A model generated the notes under the pieces. It ran no database searches and was not told where the DNA came from. It saw nothing but the letters and a program-made list of their open reading frames with translations. From assembly GCF_009914755.1 (NCBI RefSeq), contig NC_060931.1: a stretch of DNA of 64,000 bases. One strand, given 5' to 3'. The stretch is from the human T2T-CHM13v2.0 reference genome, Homo sapiens. The translations under genes and the position numbers were made by a program. The first letter of the stretch is position 1, and every line of letters starts with the position of its first letter. Below, one piece after another: positions 61,801 to 64,000 of the stretch.

Positions 61801-63680
61801 CCCTGCCCCCACTTCACCTCCACCGCGCCCGAGGGGCTCCTCCCCAGCCTCCCAGCCTCCCGCCTTCCCCACGCACACCAGCTCATCCTGCCTAAGTCTG
61901 CGTGGTTCCTTCTGGAACACGCGTCCCCCAGGTGTCCGTGTAACGTGCTCCCGTGCTCCAGCGAGGTCTCTGCCGGATGTCACCTTGCCTGCCTGCCCCA
62001 GCTAAAATGCCACCAGCCACCTTCTGCGTCCCTGGCCCGTGAACTCCCAACTCATTTCCTCCCCGTACCTTGCCAGCACTTCTGCCTACTTGGGGTTCAT
62101 TCTAGTTTATATTCGTTTACTTACTTGCTCATTCTCTGGCTCCCCAACTCCAATATAAGGGGAGGGTCTTGGCTTGGTCCCCCTGTGCGTCTGGCACAAA
62201 GGATGGTGCCCGGTACACAGTTGGAGCATAATGGAGTCTCCCTGAGCACAGAGTCCCTGTGCGGGCAGGGGCGCAGAGCAGAGGCTGAGCTGTTGGGTCC
62301 TGCTGCCTGATCCCTCCGTCTCTCCTGGTCCGTGGGAAGGTGGGATTGGGCAGAGCTCATCCTGAAAGTTCCACCTGTGCCAGGGCACTGTCGCCCCATC
62401 CAGGGACTGTCACCGAGGACAGCTTGAGGGCTGCAGCAGTGAGAGGCTGGTGCGGCTCCTGCCCCAGAACAGCAGCCCATGCACCCTACGGGTCGAGAAT
62501 AACAGAAGGGCCAATGGGTTGGTGGCTGTGCCCCAGGGCACCGGGTGGGCCAGGGTGGACGGAGGGTGCTGCAGGGAAGGGGCCTGGATCCCCAAACCTT
62601 GCCCGCTCCCAGCCCACATGAGGTGGCAGATCCCCAGGAGGTGCTGCTGTGTGTCCCCTCCCCCTGCCTGCACCAGGCCCCACCTGGGACCCTGCCCTGC
62701 CTCCCCGCCAAGGGGCATGAGCCACTCACTGGGCCCTGTGCAGTGAGCCCTGTCTCATTCCTGTTTTCTAGAAGGGAAAGCCGGGGCTCAGAGAGGTTGG
62801 CCCGCTGGTCAGTAGCTGGGAGCTGATTAGGGTCAGGCCCAGCCCCTCCTGTGTGGCAATGAGGATCTGGGCAGTGCAAGGCCCCCCAGCCTTCAGGGAC
62901 CCCTTCTGTAAAGTGGAGAGGCTGCAGCCTGGGAACAGAGATCACCAAGCTCCCGTCTGCTCCAAGCCCATTGCTCCCCAGGCCAGAATCTCAGCCTGGC
63001 CTCAGAGGTACCTAAAACTCTCTTCTGTGGGCTTTGAGTCCAGGGTGCTGTGGTTACCCCCTGAGGCCGCCATGGGGCAGGAGACAAGGAGGAAAACCCT
63101 GTTTGGAAGGGCAGGCTGTCAGTGCCCAGGCCGGCAGCCCACCCTACTGCAGGATAGGGGCTGAGGGAGGTGCCCAGGAGCCGGCTCGGGATTCACACCC
63201 AGAGCTCTCGTGCAGGGCACCGCCGCCTTCCCGGCCAGCGGCTCCCAAGTTGGAACCTCTTTTGCATTTTCCAAGCGAGGAAAAGGTGGTGGGAGGAGGG
63301 CCTGGTTGGCCCCTGGGTAGCAGACTAAAGATGGATATTTTGTTTGTTACAATCAAGACCTCTGATTTCAGTTTTATGAATTTTTAAAATATTAATTATA
63401 TTTTGGAAAGTGTGCGGAGGTGATGGCGCACGCCGCGGTTCTGCTTAGACGGCCCCTGTTCCGCGTTTGGTCCAGATTAGCTGCCGAGGAGGAGGTTGAG
63501 GCATTTTAATCCACCTTGTTAACTTATTAAATTTTCTTTATTTACATATGGATCCCACTTTCATTAGCATTGTAACAGGTGTTCATTAACAATTTATCAT
63601 TTGGGAGGCAGAGTGAGACAACATCGGAAAGAGAGACATTGCTACAAAGTTTACTCTTAATTACAAGGAACAGCGCAGAG
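58860..63680. promoter_or_regulatory. Distal AT-rich putative enhancer blocks (58860-59300, 59740-59900, 61550-61640, 63320-63680)
   Basis: TAAT-dense non-repetitive islands in a GC-rich background. Confidence 0.45.
60435..60555. mobile_element. MIR fragment (further MIR/L2-like remnants near 62070-62230 and 62745-62850)
   Basis: GAAACTCAGAGA..ACTTGCCCGAGGACACACAGCT..GGGATTCGAA pattern. Confidence 0.55.
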
Positions 63681-64000
63681 GGCAAAACACGACGGCTGCC
63701 CCCGCCTCCACCCCCTGCCCCGCAACCCCGGGACGCCGTTCAGGCCCCAGGGACTCCCAGAAACCCACCCCGTCTGCCTGTTGTGCCTAATCTGGGGTTC
63801 TCAGGGAAGAACCCTGCAGAGGGAGCCCGGGCCTGGGAGTCGGGAGATGGGGTCTGTGCACTGAGGCAAGGTCTGGGCTTCTAGGATGTGGTTCTCTGAT
63901 CCCAAGGCCGGGAAGGACCACCAGACTCTGAACCTGCAGCCCTGAGCTGGAATTCAACTGCAAATTACTTAACCGGTTGAAGTTTCCTTATTCATTTATT

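Overview
Primate, almost certainly human, genomic DNA containing the complete UNCX paired-like (Q50) homeobox gene on the + strand. Three coding exons (38702-38975, 39206-39381, 41520-42665) splice GT-AG into a 531-aa ORF, with a poly(A) signal at 42994. UNCX is known to lie at human 7p22.3. The left ~28.7 kb has a G-rich ~35-bp VNTR (1-2667), dense and often nested Alus, a solo ERV1 LTR, L1 fragments and a MER44 element. The gene sits in a ~27.5-kb Alu-free domain (28668-56126) where CpG islands alternate with AT-rich, homeobox-motif-dense blocks, typical of a developmental regulatory locus. No other credible protein-coding gene, RNA gene or CRISPR array is visible; the other track ORFs come from Alu, tandem-repeat or GC-rich sequence. 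I found no clearly new multi-gene system. The best leads are: (1) a uORF whose stop overlaps both UNCX start codons (ATGATG); (2) an L1 3' transduction; (3) a head-to-head inverted Alu pair sharing a private variant tract; (4) a compound tandem repeat carrying repeated forkhead sites; (5) P3 homeodomain-dimer sites suggesting autoregulation; (6) a perfect estrogen response element. Repeat family names are recognised by eye and repeat boundaries are approximate.
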